This document shows, one piece after another, positions 54,120 to 63,019 of a stretch of 64,000 nt of DNA. The notes under the pieces are model-generated. The model saw nothing but the letters and a program-made list of their open reading frames with translations, was not told the origin of the DNA and did no database searches. Location of the stretch: positions 12,419 to 76,418 of the forward strand of contig CAKQWE010000003.1 in assembly GCA_934277975.1 (NCBI GenBank), in the 5' to 3' direction. The translations under genes and the position numbers were made by a program. The number at the start of each line of letters is the position of its first letter. Within the stretch, counting starts at the first letter, position 1. This DNA comes from an uncultured Spirochaetales bacterium (GTDB taxonomy: Bacteria; Spirochaetota; Spirochaetia; Sphaerochaetales; Sphaerochaetaceae).

Positions 54120-55427
54120 TTATTCCACGATTCCGCTTGCAAGCTCATCGAAGTCCATGTCGCTTCCCGCTGTGTAGGTGTTGGACCTATACGTAGCTTC
54201 AAGCTTGTCAAGCTCAGCCTTGGCTTCCTCTTCGTCTGCAAAAGGTATGATTGCAAGCGTCTTGCCTTCAACGTCAACGAAGTCGCCTATCTCTCCAAGA
54301 GCAAGGGCGACCTGTGAAAGCGAGAGGTCAACAAGTGCAAGTGTGAGGTCATAGCCAAACTCCTTTGCACTGTCGTACTCAGCCATGGCTTTCTTCTTTG
54401 CATCGCTTCCTTCATAGCTTCTATAGAGCATGTCTCCCGTGTCGTCGCTTGAAACCACTGTAGGCTGCACTGGTTCGCTTGGCGTTGCCTGTGCTACAGG
54501 AGTCTCCTCCTGTGTCTCTTCTGCTTCTTCGACTTCCTGTGGCTGGATTGTTTCCACCTGTGCTGCAGATGCTACAGCCTGTGGTGCAACGACAAGGTTC
54601 CCCTGGAGGTTCTCAGACATCTGGGAGATCGTTTGGGTAAGCTTTTCAAGCTGTGCTTCTATTCTGTCGAGTCCTTCATAGATTGGATCTTCCTCTTCCT
54701 CTCCATCGTAGTACTCTTCATCATCTTCGTCTTCTTCGCTGTCCTCGGTTCCGTATACCACTGCTGCGGCAAAGTCGTCTATCTTGTCTGACAGTGCCTT
54801 GATTGCATCAATAAGCGGTTTGTTGAAGTCTTCCTTTGTCTGTTCTTCGACTTTCTCTTCTTCAACCTTTGTTTCCGTTTCTTCCACCGGTTCTGAGGTT
54901 TCCTCGGCTTCTGTGGATTCCTCTGATTCCTCAGGTGTCTCCTCAGATGCTTTTTCCAAAACCGTTTCATTGGCGGCAGCTTCTTCCTCTGCTTCTACAT
55001 TCTTGGAATCCTTTGAATCCTTGGAAGCGCCTTCTTCCTGATACGTCTCGAATACCGATACGAACGGTGTGTCCTCCTGTTTTGCAGGCTCTCCCGTTTC
55101 GTTGTCCTGTGAGGACGCAGAGTCACCGGCCTTTGCCGTTGGGTCGTCTTTGGGCTCATCGAAGAGCGTAGCGTCGTAGGCATTGGGAGGGAGTTTGTCG
55201 TCCTCGTCCTCTTCATCGTCTCCGCTTGCAAGCACTGAAGCTATGGCTATGAGCGTAATCCCCAAAACAAGGGGGAACACTTTGACGGCGACCTGGTATA
55301 TCTTGTTCTGATTCAGCTGGTAGGCCGGCGCAATGTACTTGAGTGTGGCATACGAAAGAGCCGCCAGTATTACAAGCGTGACGATGACCGTTGCAACTAC
55401 AGTCCTAAAACCTTTTTTCCTGCTCAT
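54120..55427 (-). CDS. membrane-anchored, highly acidic low-complexity protein
   Basis: I chose the start at 55427 (MSRKKGF), with GGGAGG 6 nt upstream. It has two N-terminal TM helices and a long E/D/T-rich central region. Confidence 0.6.
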   Translation of the reverse strand: MSRKKGFRTVVATVIVTLVILAALSYATLKYIAPAYQLNQNKIYQVAVKVFPLVLGITLIAIASVLASGDDEEDEDDKLPPNAYDATLFDEPKDDPTAKAGDSASSQDNETGEPAKQEDTPFVSVFETYQEEGASKDSKDSKNVEAEEEAAANETVLEKASEETPEESEESTEAEETSEPVEETETKVEEEKVEEQTKEDFNKPLIDAIKALSDKIDDFAAAVVYGTEDSEEDEDDEEYYDGEEEEDPIYEGLDRIEAQLEKLTQTISQMSENLQGNLVVAPQAVASAAQVETIQPQEVEEAEETQEETPVAQATPSEPVQPTVVSSDDTGDMLYRSYEGSDAKKKAMAEYDSAKEFGYDLTLALVDLSLSQVALALGEIGDFVDVEGKTLAIIPFADEEEAKAELDKLEATYRSNTYTAGSDMDFDELASGIVE

Positions 55428-55536
55428 TGAGGACCTCCCAATAGGCCTTGTGTTTCTTTGTTGGCATGGGGGAACGCAAAAAGCTTTCTTTTGCATTTTC
55501 CCCGATTAATCGCTATTATAGTCGAAAGGATGTGAG

Positions 55537-56034
55537 ATGGCAAGGAAATACGTAGTCCTATTTGTAGTGATAACCCTATGTTTGTTCAGTTTAATGTCCG
55601 CTTTCATGGGGGAGCGAGGTTTTTTTGCCAATAAAGAGCTCGAGAGGCAATTGAAGGCCAACGAGTACCGTCTTGACAGGGATAGGGTCGAATTGGAAAA
55701 TCTAAAAATCCAGGAACAGGAGCTTTCTACGGAGGATGGCATACGTTCCGCCGCCATGAACCTTGGCTACAAGGTGGAGGGTGACGATGTCTACAGGTTT
55801 GAGACCCAGGATGCCGTTCCCAACCAAGGGAATGAGCTGGCGCAAACAACGGTTCCGTCCAATGTGTCCAAACCTTTCACTCCTTGGAGCTCTGCTGCGT
55901 GCCTTGGTCTTGCATCAGGTGCTTCCATGGTGATAACGCTTCTTGTCTGGATAATTGGAAGGAAAGGGAAAGACAGCGATGATTCTGAACAAGACGAATC
56001 CGGAAACTTTGGAAACAATTTCAACTTTGATTAG
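55537..56034 (+). CDS. FtsB/DivIC-like septum formation initiator family protein
   Basis: N-terminal TM helix followed by a coiled coil (ELERQLKANEYRLDRDRVELENLKIQEQEL), and a second hydrophobic segment near the C-terminus. Confidence 0.55.
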   Translation: MARKYVVLFVVITLCLFSLMSAFMGERGFFANKELERQLKANEYRLDRDRVELENLKIQEQELSTEDGIRSAAMNLGYKVEGDDVYRFETQDAVPNQGNELAQTTVPSNVSKPFTPWSSAACLGLASGASMVITLLVWIIGRKGKDSDDSEQDESGNFGNNFNFD

Positions 56035-56545
56035 GGATGGAGGGGTTGTCGTTCTTCCTTGCGACACCATATATGGGTTGTGTGCAGCCTATTGCATTGG
56101 GGACAAAGCCCTCATGGACTTGAAAGGCAGACCTGAGAACAAGCCGTTTCTTATTCTTGCCACGATTGAACAGGCAAGGAATCTATGCGTTTCCATTCCT
56201 TCTGATATCCTTGCTTGTTGGCCTGCACCCCTTACTGTGATCCTTGATACCAAGGATGGAAAGAAGACCGCCATAAGGGTTCCTGCGGACCCTTTCCTCC
56301 AAAAGCTTTTGGAACTGACAGGAATGCCCATCTATTCCACCAGCGTGAACATGGCAGGGGAGCCGTCCCTTCTGAACTTTACGGATATTTGCCGCCGCTT
56401 CGAGGCTTTGGTCGATGGCCTTGTCCGTGACAAGGAAGTGCAGGGTACTGTTCCGTCCACTCTGATCGATGCCACTGCAAGGCCTTATGTTGTTGTGAGG
56501 CAGGGCGCATTCGATGCAACCCCATTGGTTGAAGGGTCAAAGTGA
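55979..56545 (+). CDS. tsaC: L-threonylcarbamoyladenylate synthase (TsaC/YrdC family)
   Basis: GGVVVLPCDTIYGL, KGRPENKPFLIL, and SVNMAGEP motifs. The start is uncertain (55955 or 55979), and either overlaps the upstream gene. Confidence 0.8.
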   Translation: MILNKTNPETLETISTLIRDGGVVVLPCDTIYGLCAAYCIGDKALMDLKGRPENKPFLILATIEQARNLCVSIPSDILACWPAPLTVILDTKDGKKTAIRVPADPFLQKLLELTGMPIYSTSVNMAGEPSLLNFTDICRRFEALVDGLVRDKEVQGTVPSTLIDATARPYVVVRQGAFDATPLVEGSK

Positions 56546-56636
56546 ACCTTGGTTTTGTTTTGTAATGTCTCAGTGGTCAATCCACACAAAGCATAGTTTT
56601 GAAAGCTACTCTCTAAAATGGCTTTTTCCCGGTGGC

Positions 56637-57011
56637 TCAGGTGGTTTCCGTGCTGCCTTCGCTCAAATCAGGGCGAAGCTTGGCAGTTTCACCTAGGTAG
56701 ACGTGCATGACCGTCTCCAACGAAGGCTTTTCCACAAACATCATCATTCTAACCACGCAAGGCATTGAGCCTTCTATGTCCGCCTCCTGGACGCAGAAGA
56801 GTGGAACGTCCTTGCATTTTCCAGCGCGGCGCAGAGCAGTCGCACTGTTGAGCGAGCGCAGGTCCTTCGTATGGGAGATGATGAGGCTTACTACGTTTTC
56901 TTCATCCAAGCCGTTGCATGAAAGCATCTTGGAAAAGAGCTCGTTTGCAGCAAGCGAGATGGCCTCTGGAGCATCGGCCTTGACGGAGTTGGCACCGCGT
57001 ATGGCCTTCAT
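56637..57011 (-). CDS. aroH: chorismate mutase, AroH class
   Basis: MKAIRGANSV N-terminus and ...CVVRMMMFV, collinear with my recollection of B. subtilis AroH. 124 aa. Confidence 0.8.
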   Translation of the reverse strand: MKAIRGANSVKADAPEAISLAANELFSKMLSCNGLDEENVVSLIISHTKDLRSLNSATALRRAGKCKDVPLFCVQEADIEGSMPCVVRMMMFVEKPSLETVMHVYLGETAKLRPDLSEGSTETT

Positions 57012-57352
57012 AGGCGTACCTCAAGTCCTGTCGTCGTGATGGCTGCGAACGTGTAGACTGCGACCATCATGGCTATGCAGAGGGCTCCACGCAGTAGCGA
57101 CCACATGGCCAGTCCTACACGTGGGTGTCCATCCAGGATCCAGAACACGACTGCAACGATGAAGAGGACAACCGAGGCTGCAGCCACTGAGCAATCCATG
57201 ATGCCACAGGAAATCACAAGGAAATGCATGAATTTGGCGTCGAGGCTGAACCAGAGGGATGCTGCGTAGAGAGCACAGAGCAATAGGCATACCATGAACG
57301 TGTAGTTTGTTATCATGTTGGTGATGTCGAAGACCCTTCTGCGTTGCAACAT
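57008..57352 (-). CDS. small hydrophobic membrane protein
   Basis: I trimmed it to the Met at 57352, because the 213 aa track ORF would cross the divergent promoter region and the DUF1015 gene start. It has three predicted TM segments and no clear Shine-Dalgarno sequence. Confidence 0.4.
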   Translation of the reverse strand: MLQRRRVFDITNMITNYTFMVCLLLCALYAASLWFSLDAKFMHFLVISCGIMDCSVAAASVVLFIVAVVFWILDGHPRVGLAMWSLLRGALCIAMMVAVYTFAAITTTGLEVRL

Positions 57353-57394
57353 GATTTTATGATAACAAATCGGCCACAAAAAAGGAACAATGTT

Positions 57395-57423
57395 GTTGCG
57401 ATTCTTGTTTCTAAGACGTAGAA
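57395..57423 (+). promoter_or_regulatory. candidate promoter for the DUF1015 gene
   Basis: TTGCGA (57395-57400), a 17 nt spacer, then TAGAAT (57418-57423), about 50 nt upstream of the ATG. Confidence 0.4.
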
Positions 57424-57476
57424 TGAACCCTAGTGCGCATTGAGGCACTCGAAAACAAAGAACAAGAGGACGAAAA

Positions 57477-58781
57477 ATGAGCGACATCAATAGTAGACTC
57501 AAGCCAATGGGCCTTATGGCATCTGATATCATGATTCCAAAGAAGGGTACTGACCTTTCCAAGTGGGCGGTCGTGGCATGCGACCAGTACACATCCGAGA
57601 GGGGATACTGGGAGGATGTCTCCAAACTTGTTGGAGATGCACCTTCCACACTGCGCCTTATCTTCCCTGAGTGCTATCTTGAAGACGGCGACTCCAAGGA
57701 GAGGATCGAAAACATAAACAAGACGATGAAGTCCTATGTTGATGCCAATCTCTTCGACACATACGCAAGGACCTTCTTCCTTGTAAAGCGTACATGCTCA
57801 GGTGTCTCAAGGTGGGGCCTTATTGTCGCCCTTGACCTTGACCGCTACAGCTGGGAGAAGGATTCCAAGAGCCTCATAAGGGCTACTGAGGGTACGATCC
57901 TTTCCAGAATCCCGCCAAGAAAGGAGATAAGAAAGGATGCTCCTCTTGAAATCCCTCATATCATGGTTCTCATAAGCGATGAGAAGAGGTCCGTCATAGA
58001 GCCTCTTGCTGCAAAGACGAGCGGTCTCAAGGAAGTGTACGACTTCGACCTCATGATGAACGGCGGACATCTTCAGGCTTGGGCTGTGGATGCTTCCAAC
58101 GACATGGATGCCGTTGCAGATGCATTCGAAGCCCTCACCAATGGTTTGGACAAGTCGAATCCTCTCCTCTTTGCAATGGGTGATGGAAACCATAGCTTTG
58201 CAACCGCAAAGAGCTGCTGGGAGGACATAAAGGCGAACCTTACGGAAGAGGAGAGGAAGAACCATCCTGCAAGGTTCTGTCTTGTGGAGCTTGAGAACAT
58301 ATTCGACCCAGGCCTTGTATTCGAGCCTATCCATAGGGTCCTTTTCAACGTTCCGGAGGATGTGTTCATGGAGGAGCTTTCCAGGAATGCAGCGAAGGTC
58401 AATGTCGAGAAGGTTGGATGCCGCAACTGCATTGCAAAGAAGATAGAGAACCAGGATGTTCAGAGCTTTGGGTACTGCACCAAGGACAAGCATGTTGTCG
58501 TGACGCTTGAGAAACCGTCTGCGAACATAGCAGCGGGAACGCTCCAGAAGGTCATAGATGCACTCATTGCAAAGGGTTACAGCGTTGACTACATACATGG
58601 TGCAGATGTCACGGACAAGCTTGGAAGCGAGGACGGCAACATTGGGCTGTTCCTTCCTGCAATAGACAAAGGGACGTTCTTTGAGACCATAGTCAAGGAT
58701 GGTGCCCTTCCAAGGAAGACCTTCAGCATGGGTGAAGCCAATGAGAAGCGCTTCTACATGGAAGCGAGGAAGATAAAGTAG
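57477..58781 (+). CDS. DUF1015 family protein
   Basis: KWAVVACDQYTSERGYWEDV and LIFPECYL motifs as I remember them for DUF1015, 434 aa. Confidence 0.55.
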   Translation: MSDINSRLKPMGLMASDIMIPKKGTDLSKWAVVACDQYTSERGYWEDVSKLVGDAPSTLRLIFPECYLEDGDSKERIENINKTMKSYVDANLFDTYARTFFLVKRTCSGVSRWGLIVALDLDRYSWEKDSKSLIRATEGTILSRIPPRKEIRKDAPLEIPHIMVLISDEKRSVIEPLAAKTSGLKEVYDFDLMMNGGHLQAWAVDASNDMDAVADAFEALTNGLDKSNPLLFAMGDGNHSFATAKSCWEDIKANLTEEERKNHPARFCLVELENIFDPGLVFEPIHRVLFNVPEDVFMEELSRNAAKVNVEKVGCRNCIAKKIENQDVQSFGYCTKDKHVVVTLEKPSANIAAGTLQKVIDALIAKGYSVDYIHGADVTDKLGSEDGNIGLFLPAIDKGTFFETIVKDGALPRKTFSMGEANEKRFYMEARKIK

Positions 58782-58782
58782 T

Positions 58783-58815
58783 TTTTGAATCTATTTTGAA
58801 TCTATTTTGAATCTA
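58783..58815 (+). repeat. three perfect tandem copies of TTTTGAATCTA (11 bp)
   Basis: Units at 58783-58793, 58794-58804 and 58805-58815, in the 44 bp gap upstream of the permease gene. Confidence 0.9.
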
Positions 58816-58825
58816 TAGAGATAAA

Positions 58826-60232
58826 GTGGACGCGATGGACAACAGACTTGAAAAAAGATACGACCTGAAGACTGCAGTCTCAATGGTCATAGGCATCGTG
58901 ATTGGTTCAGGGGTCTTCTTCAAGGCCGTAAAGGTCCTGAGCCTTACGGGTGGCAGCATGGGGCACAGCCTTCTTGTCATTGGAGCCGTTGGACTTATAT
59001 GTGTGGTTTGCTCATGTGTTTTTGCAGAGATGGGCACGAAATACGTAAAGTGCAACGGTGTTGTGGACTATGCCGAGGCATCCTTGGGGCAGGGCTTTGC
59101 ATACTGCATGGGATGGTTCATGTCTGCCATATACTATCCTGTCATAGGCTCGACTCTTGCGTATATTTCCGCACGCTACACATGCATGCTGCTTGGCCTT
59201 GAGTCCTTTGGTCAGGCCAATATGTCCATTGCAATCCTCTATTTGGTGTTGGCCGTCGTAATAAACTCCCTTTCTCCAAGGATTGCCGGAAAGATGCAGG
59301 TGAGCATGACGGTTGCAAAGCTTGTGCCGCTCGTTGTGATGGGCGTGGTGGGTACGATCGTTGGCCTTGTCAACGGAAATGGAATACGCATATTCACGGA
59401 CACCTCCGCAGCTGGCATATCACAGGGTGGAGGGTTCTTTGCAGCCGTGTGTGCCTTTGCATTCTCCTACGAAGGCTGGATCATTGCAACGACGATAAAC
59501 TCAGAGCTCAAGAATCCAAAGAGAGACCTCCCTTTGGCTTTGGTGGGTGGTGCCTTGTTCTGTACGATCATCTATATGCTCTACACCTATTCCATGAGCG
59601 CCACGATGAACGCCGCCCAGATCGTCGAAGCCGGAGACTGGCTTCCAAAGATTGCATTCTCAAGGCTTTTCCATAGCAATGCAGCAGGGACCATTGTGTT
59701 CGTATTCATCATCGTCTCATGCCTTGGCACCACGAACGGTGTCATTCTTGGCTGCATGAGAGGATTCTACTCCATAGCAGTAAGAGGGCAGGGGCCAAAG
59801 CCATCCTTCATTGCGGAGGTCGATAAGTCCACGGGAATGCCTTTGAAGTCCTGTCTCCTTGGACTTGCCGTATGTGCATTCTGGCTGTTCCAGTGCGGAG
59901 CCCTCTTCTTCAACGGGCCTCTTGTCATGAACACTACGGGCAATCCCCTTTGGCTCATGGCCTGGGAGGCCGATGAAATAGTCATAGTCACCCAATATGC
60001 ACTCTACATTCCAATCTTCGTGCACCTTATAGTCAGGGAAAGGCAGTTCAGCCCGTTCAAGAGGTTCGTACTTCCCACGCTTGGAATAGGAGCGTGCCTT
60101 TTCATGTGCTTCTGCTGCTGGAAGTCGTATGGAACGTATCTTACCGTCTCATACCTAGTCGTGTTTGCCATAATCATGGGCATTGGAGCTTTCTTCTACA
60201 GAAAGAATCCAAACAGGGAGCTTTTGCAGTAG
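58826..60232 (+). CDS. APC-superfamily amino acid permease
   Basis: About 12 TM segments, the N-terminal GSGVFF motif and a FSYEGW motif. The start is the GTG at 58826 or the ATG at 58835. Confidence 0.75.
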   Translation: MDAMDNRLEKRYDLKTAVSMVIGIVIGSGVFFKAVKVLSLTGGSMGHSLLVIGAVGLICVVCSCVFAEMGTKYVKCNGVVDYAEASLGQGFAYCMGWFMSAIYYPVIGSTLAYISARYTCMLLGLESFGQANMSIAILYLVLAVVINSLSPRIAGKMQVSMTVAKLVPLVVMGVVGTIVGLVNGNGIRIFTDTSAAGISQGGGFFAAVCAFAFSYEGWIIATTINSELKNPKRDLPLALVGGALFCTIIYMLYTYSMSATMNAAQIVEAGDWLPKIAFSRLFHSNAAGTIVFVFIIVSCLGTTNGVILGCMRGFYSIAVRGQGPKPSFIAEVDKSTGMPLKSCLLGLAVCAFWLFQCGALFFNGPLVMNTTGNPLWLMAWEADEIVIVTQYALYIPIFVHLIVRERQFSPFKRFVLPTLGIGACLFMCFCCWKSYGTYLTVSYLVVFAIIMGIGAFFYRKNPNRELLQ

Positions 60233-60345
60233 ATCGTTGCAGTTTGTTGTTTTTTGCTGAATTTTCAAAAAAAGAGATTTGAGGGGTTTTCACTGTTGGA
60301 GTTTTCTGTTAGTCTCCACCAGAAAAGAAGAGCGGAGGTTCACCT

Positions 60346-60468
60346 ATGAAGTGGGTTTTCTTAAATTCCCTGCGAAAAAGGAAGTTCAAGACCATAGGGG
60401 TTTCTTTTTCCCTTCAATCGTTTTTGTTTTGGAATCGTGTCAGCCATTTTTGGCTGACTTTTTTTTGA
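60346..60468 (+). CDS. candidate 40 aa leader ORF upstream of the uracil permease gene
   Basis: GGAGG (60334-60338) lies 7 nt before the ATG at 60346. Translation: MKWVFLNSLRKRKFKTIGVSFSLQSFLFWNRVSHFWLTFF. The reading frame runs through the terminator hairpin, and its TGA lies in the T-run. It is not in the ORF track because it is under 60 aa. Confidence 0.3.
   Translation: MKWVFLNSLRKRKFKTIGVSFSLQSFLFWNRVSHFWLTFF
60439..60466 (+). terminator. intrinsic terminator / attenuator about 30 nt upstream of the uracil permease start
   Basis: GTCAGCCA-TTTT-TGGCTGAC hairpin followed by 8 T. Confidence 0.7.
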
Positions 60469-60495
60469 CCTTTTGCCAAGGTATCGCCAAGGAGG

Positions 60496-61896
60496 ATGAC
60501 AATGGGCAATTTGGAAAAACAACAGGGCAATGGAAAGGCAATCAGGGACGCACGGCAGCTTGGAACTCCAAAGATGCTGGTATTGGGGCTGCAGCACATG
60601 TTCGCGATGTTTGGTGCAACGGTGCTTGTACCAATTCTCGTAAACGGGTACGGACTTCCTTTGTCCATACAGACAACGCTCTTCATGGCTGGTCTTGGAA
60701 CGCTCATGTTCCACTTCATAACCAAGTGGAAGGTTCCGGCCTTCTTGGGTTCATCGTTCGCCTTCCTTGGCGGATATGCAGCGGTTGCAGCCCTGTCGGT
60801 TGGAAAATATGCAGGTATGAGCGGTGCTGAGAAGCTCCAGTACGCAGGCGGCGGAATAGTGGTTGCCGGAATCCTCTACATGGTTCTGGCCCTTGTGATA
60901 AAGGTCGTAGGGGTCAAGAAGGTCATGAGGTTCCTCCCCCCAATCGTCACAGGTCCAATCATAATTCTAATAGGTCTCAACCTTGCACCGTCTGCAGTGT
61001 CCAATGCATCAACATGCTGGCCTCTTGCGCTTGCCGCAATGGCAATAGTGGTGGCCGCCAACATATGGGGCAAGGGGATGGTCAAGATAATCCCAATCCT
61101 TCTTGGTGTAGTAGGGTCCTACATAATAGCCGTGATAGCCAACGCTTTTGGAGCAACGACGGCAACCGGCTCTCCTTTGGTTGATTTCAGCGCCCTTGCA
61201 GGTGCAAAGCTCATAGGACTGCAGCCGTTTGTGACCAACTTTGCAGGCAGCGTGTGCAAGTTCGACCTCACCGCAATCCTTGTCATGGCTCCTATCTCCA
61301 TAGCATCCATGATGGAGCATATAGGGGATGTCTCCGCCATATCCGCAACGGTTGGAGAGAAGTTCATAGAGGATCCAGGCCTTCACAGAACCCTCATAGG
61401 CGATGGTCTTGCAACATCCTTCGCCGCTGCGTTCGGTGGCCCTGCGAACACCACATACGGTGAAAACACTGGTGTTTTGGTACTCTCAGGCGTCTATGAC
61501 CCAAGAGTGATACGCCTTGCCGCCATCTACGCAATAGTGCTTTCATTTTCACCGGCCTTCGCAGCGCTTGTGAACTCAATGCCCGCTGCAATCATAGGAG
61601 GTGTGTCCTTCATACTGTACGGGATGATATCTGCAATAGGAATCAGGAACGTGGTCGAGAACAGGGTCGACTTCACGCAGTCCAGAAACCTCATCATTGG
61701 AGCCGTCATCCTGGTGTGCGGCCTTGGCTTCACAAACGGCATCACGTTCAGCATTGGAAGCGCACACATCACGCTCACATCCCTTGCAATCGCATCAATA
61801 GCAGGAATCCTCCTCAATGCAATCCTTCCCGGCAAGGACTATGAGTTTGGGTCCGATATCTCTGAGGGTAGGTCTGGGGACTTTGGAAGGTATTGA
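60496..61896 (+). CDS. uraA: uracil permease (NCS2 family)
   Basis: LGLQHMFAMFGATVLVPIL is the UraA/PyrP-type signature. 466 aa with many TM segments. The second ATG (60502) has better spacing from AAGGAGG. Confidence 0.85.
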   Translation: MTMGNLEKQQGNGKAIRDARQLGTPKMLVLGLQHMFAMFGATVLVPILVNGYGLPLSIQTTLFMAGLGTLMFHFITKWKVPAFLGSSFAFLGGYAAVAALSVGKYAGMSGAEKLQYAGGGIVVAGILYMVLALVIKVVGVKKVMRFLPPIVTGPIIILIGLNLAPSAVSNASTCWPLALAAMAIVVAANIWGKGMVKIIPILLGVVGSYIIAVIANAFGATTATGSPLVDFSALAGAKLIGLQPFVTNFAGSVCKFDLTAILVMAPISIASMMEHIGDVSAISATVGEKFIEDPGLHRTLIGDGLATSFAAAFGGPANTTYGENTGVLVLSGVYDPRVIRLAAIYAIVLSFSPAFAALVNSMPAAIIGGVSFILYGMISAIGIRNVVENRVDFTQSRNLIIGAVILVCGLGFTNGITFSIGSAHITLTSLAIASIAGILLNAILPGKDYEFGSDISEGRSGDFGRY

Positions 61897-61968
61897 TTGC
61901 AAAGCCATCCTAGGTTGGCAATCCTGGAATTGCTTCCTGGAATGGCGCAAAAAAGTTTTCGTAGGTAC

Positions 61969-61997
61969 TTGAAAAAGTCCACGAACTTTTGTACAGT
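61969..61997 (+). promoter_or_regulatory. candidate promoter for tRNA-Thr
   Basis: TTGAAA (61969-61974), a 17 nt spacer, then TACAGT (61992-61997), about 30 nt upstream of the tRNA. Confidence 0.35.
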
Positions 61998-62027
61998 GGC
62001 ATCTGTCGCAAGACGAATGCCACCTTA

Positions 62028-62101
62028 GCTCAGTTGGCCAGAGCACGTGACTTGTAATCTCGGGGTCGTCAGTTCGAATCCGACAGGTGGCTAAGCACAG
62101 G
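62028..62101 (+). tRNA. tRNA-Thr (anticodon UGU)
   Basis: Acceptor GCCACCT/AGGTGGC, D-arm GCTC-AGTTGGCCA-GAGC, anticodon loop CTTGTAA, T-loop TTCGAAT. There is one U-U mismatch in the anticodon stem and one A-C mismatch in the T stem. CCA is not encoded. Confidence 0.8.
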
Positions 62102-62108
62102 GAACCTT

Positions 62109-62137
62109 TTTCAAGGTTCCCTTTTTTCTTGGTCCTT
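62109..62137 (+). terminator. Rho-independent terminator after tRNA-Thr
   Basis: GGGAACC-TTTTTCAA-GGTTCCC followed by TTTTTTC. Confidence 0.75.
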
Positions 62138-62246
62138 TGGTCATCTACTGCGTCGGTTCACTCAGGTCGTACATCTCAGTACTGCCCTTCGTTCCCGTCC
62201 TTGTAGCTGAGCCAAAATACCGGCGAAAAGCTTCTTGGTCCTTTGA

Positions 62247-62723
62247 TTACTTGATGTTGTTGACCTCTTCAACGCTCATGTTGGCAGCCTTGGCTATGAT
62301 CTCAGCGGGAACACCTTGTTCCTTGAGGCTCTTTGCCATACGGTTTATCTCGTTGGTCTCACCAATGGAGACACCTTCAGCTCTGCCAATGGAGATTCCT
62401 TCATTGATTCCTTCAGACTTTCCATCCTTGTATTTCTCAATGAGGTTCAGTTCGTATTTCATATAGCCCTGCCTCCAATCTTCGTCCCCGTTTATGTCAA
62501 GGACGTACCTGTCCAGCCTCTTCACGAATTCGTCGCCGCTGTCCTCTCAGGTGCCTATCGAGGACACCCCTCCGTTGAGGTACCTGAAGAATGCATCCAT
62601 CGCACGGCTGGAGTCTCCTACGGAGCCTTTCGTGTTCACGAATATAGTATACCTGCCGTCGTCCAAAGGCAATGATGTCAGAAGCAGGCTTAGAAATACC
62701 GGATTGTTCAATACTCTGCTGGA
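62247..62723 (-). pseudogene. 3' remnant of an Rpn/YhgA-like (PD-(D/E)XK putative transposase) gene with an in-frame stop
   Basis: The - strand reads ...DDGRYTIFVNTKGSVGDSSRAMDAFFRYLNGGVSSIGT*EDSGDEFVKRLDRYVLDINGDEDWRQGYMKYE...EGINEGISIGRAEGVSIGE...LKEQGVPAEIIAKAANMSVEEV. The TGA is at 62547-62549, the frame is closed upstream by TAA at 62724-62726, and the N-terminal nuclease domain is absent. Confidence 0.55.
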
Positions 62724-63019
62724 TTACCTAAGTCCTGACATAATTCTGGTTTCCACGAATAGAGCAGTTTTCGATGAAGTGTTTGGAGATTTCGCCTTCG
62801 AAGGTGAAAGATATCAGAACCCTGATAATCCAACCATTCTTTATGTCCGGAAGTATAGACGAGGGTCTCAGGTTCTGTTTTGGATTTTCAACAACCGAGG
62901 TATGGCGTTTGGACCTAGGTTTGATTTCATAGCAAATAGCATCAAGGATTTGGAATAGCTCGTTTTTCCGTCTGTTTGATTGGAAAAGCGAAATTAGATA
63001 GTGATAAGGAGAAGAAAGA

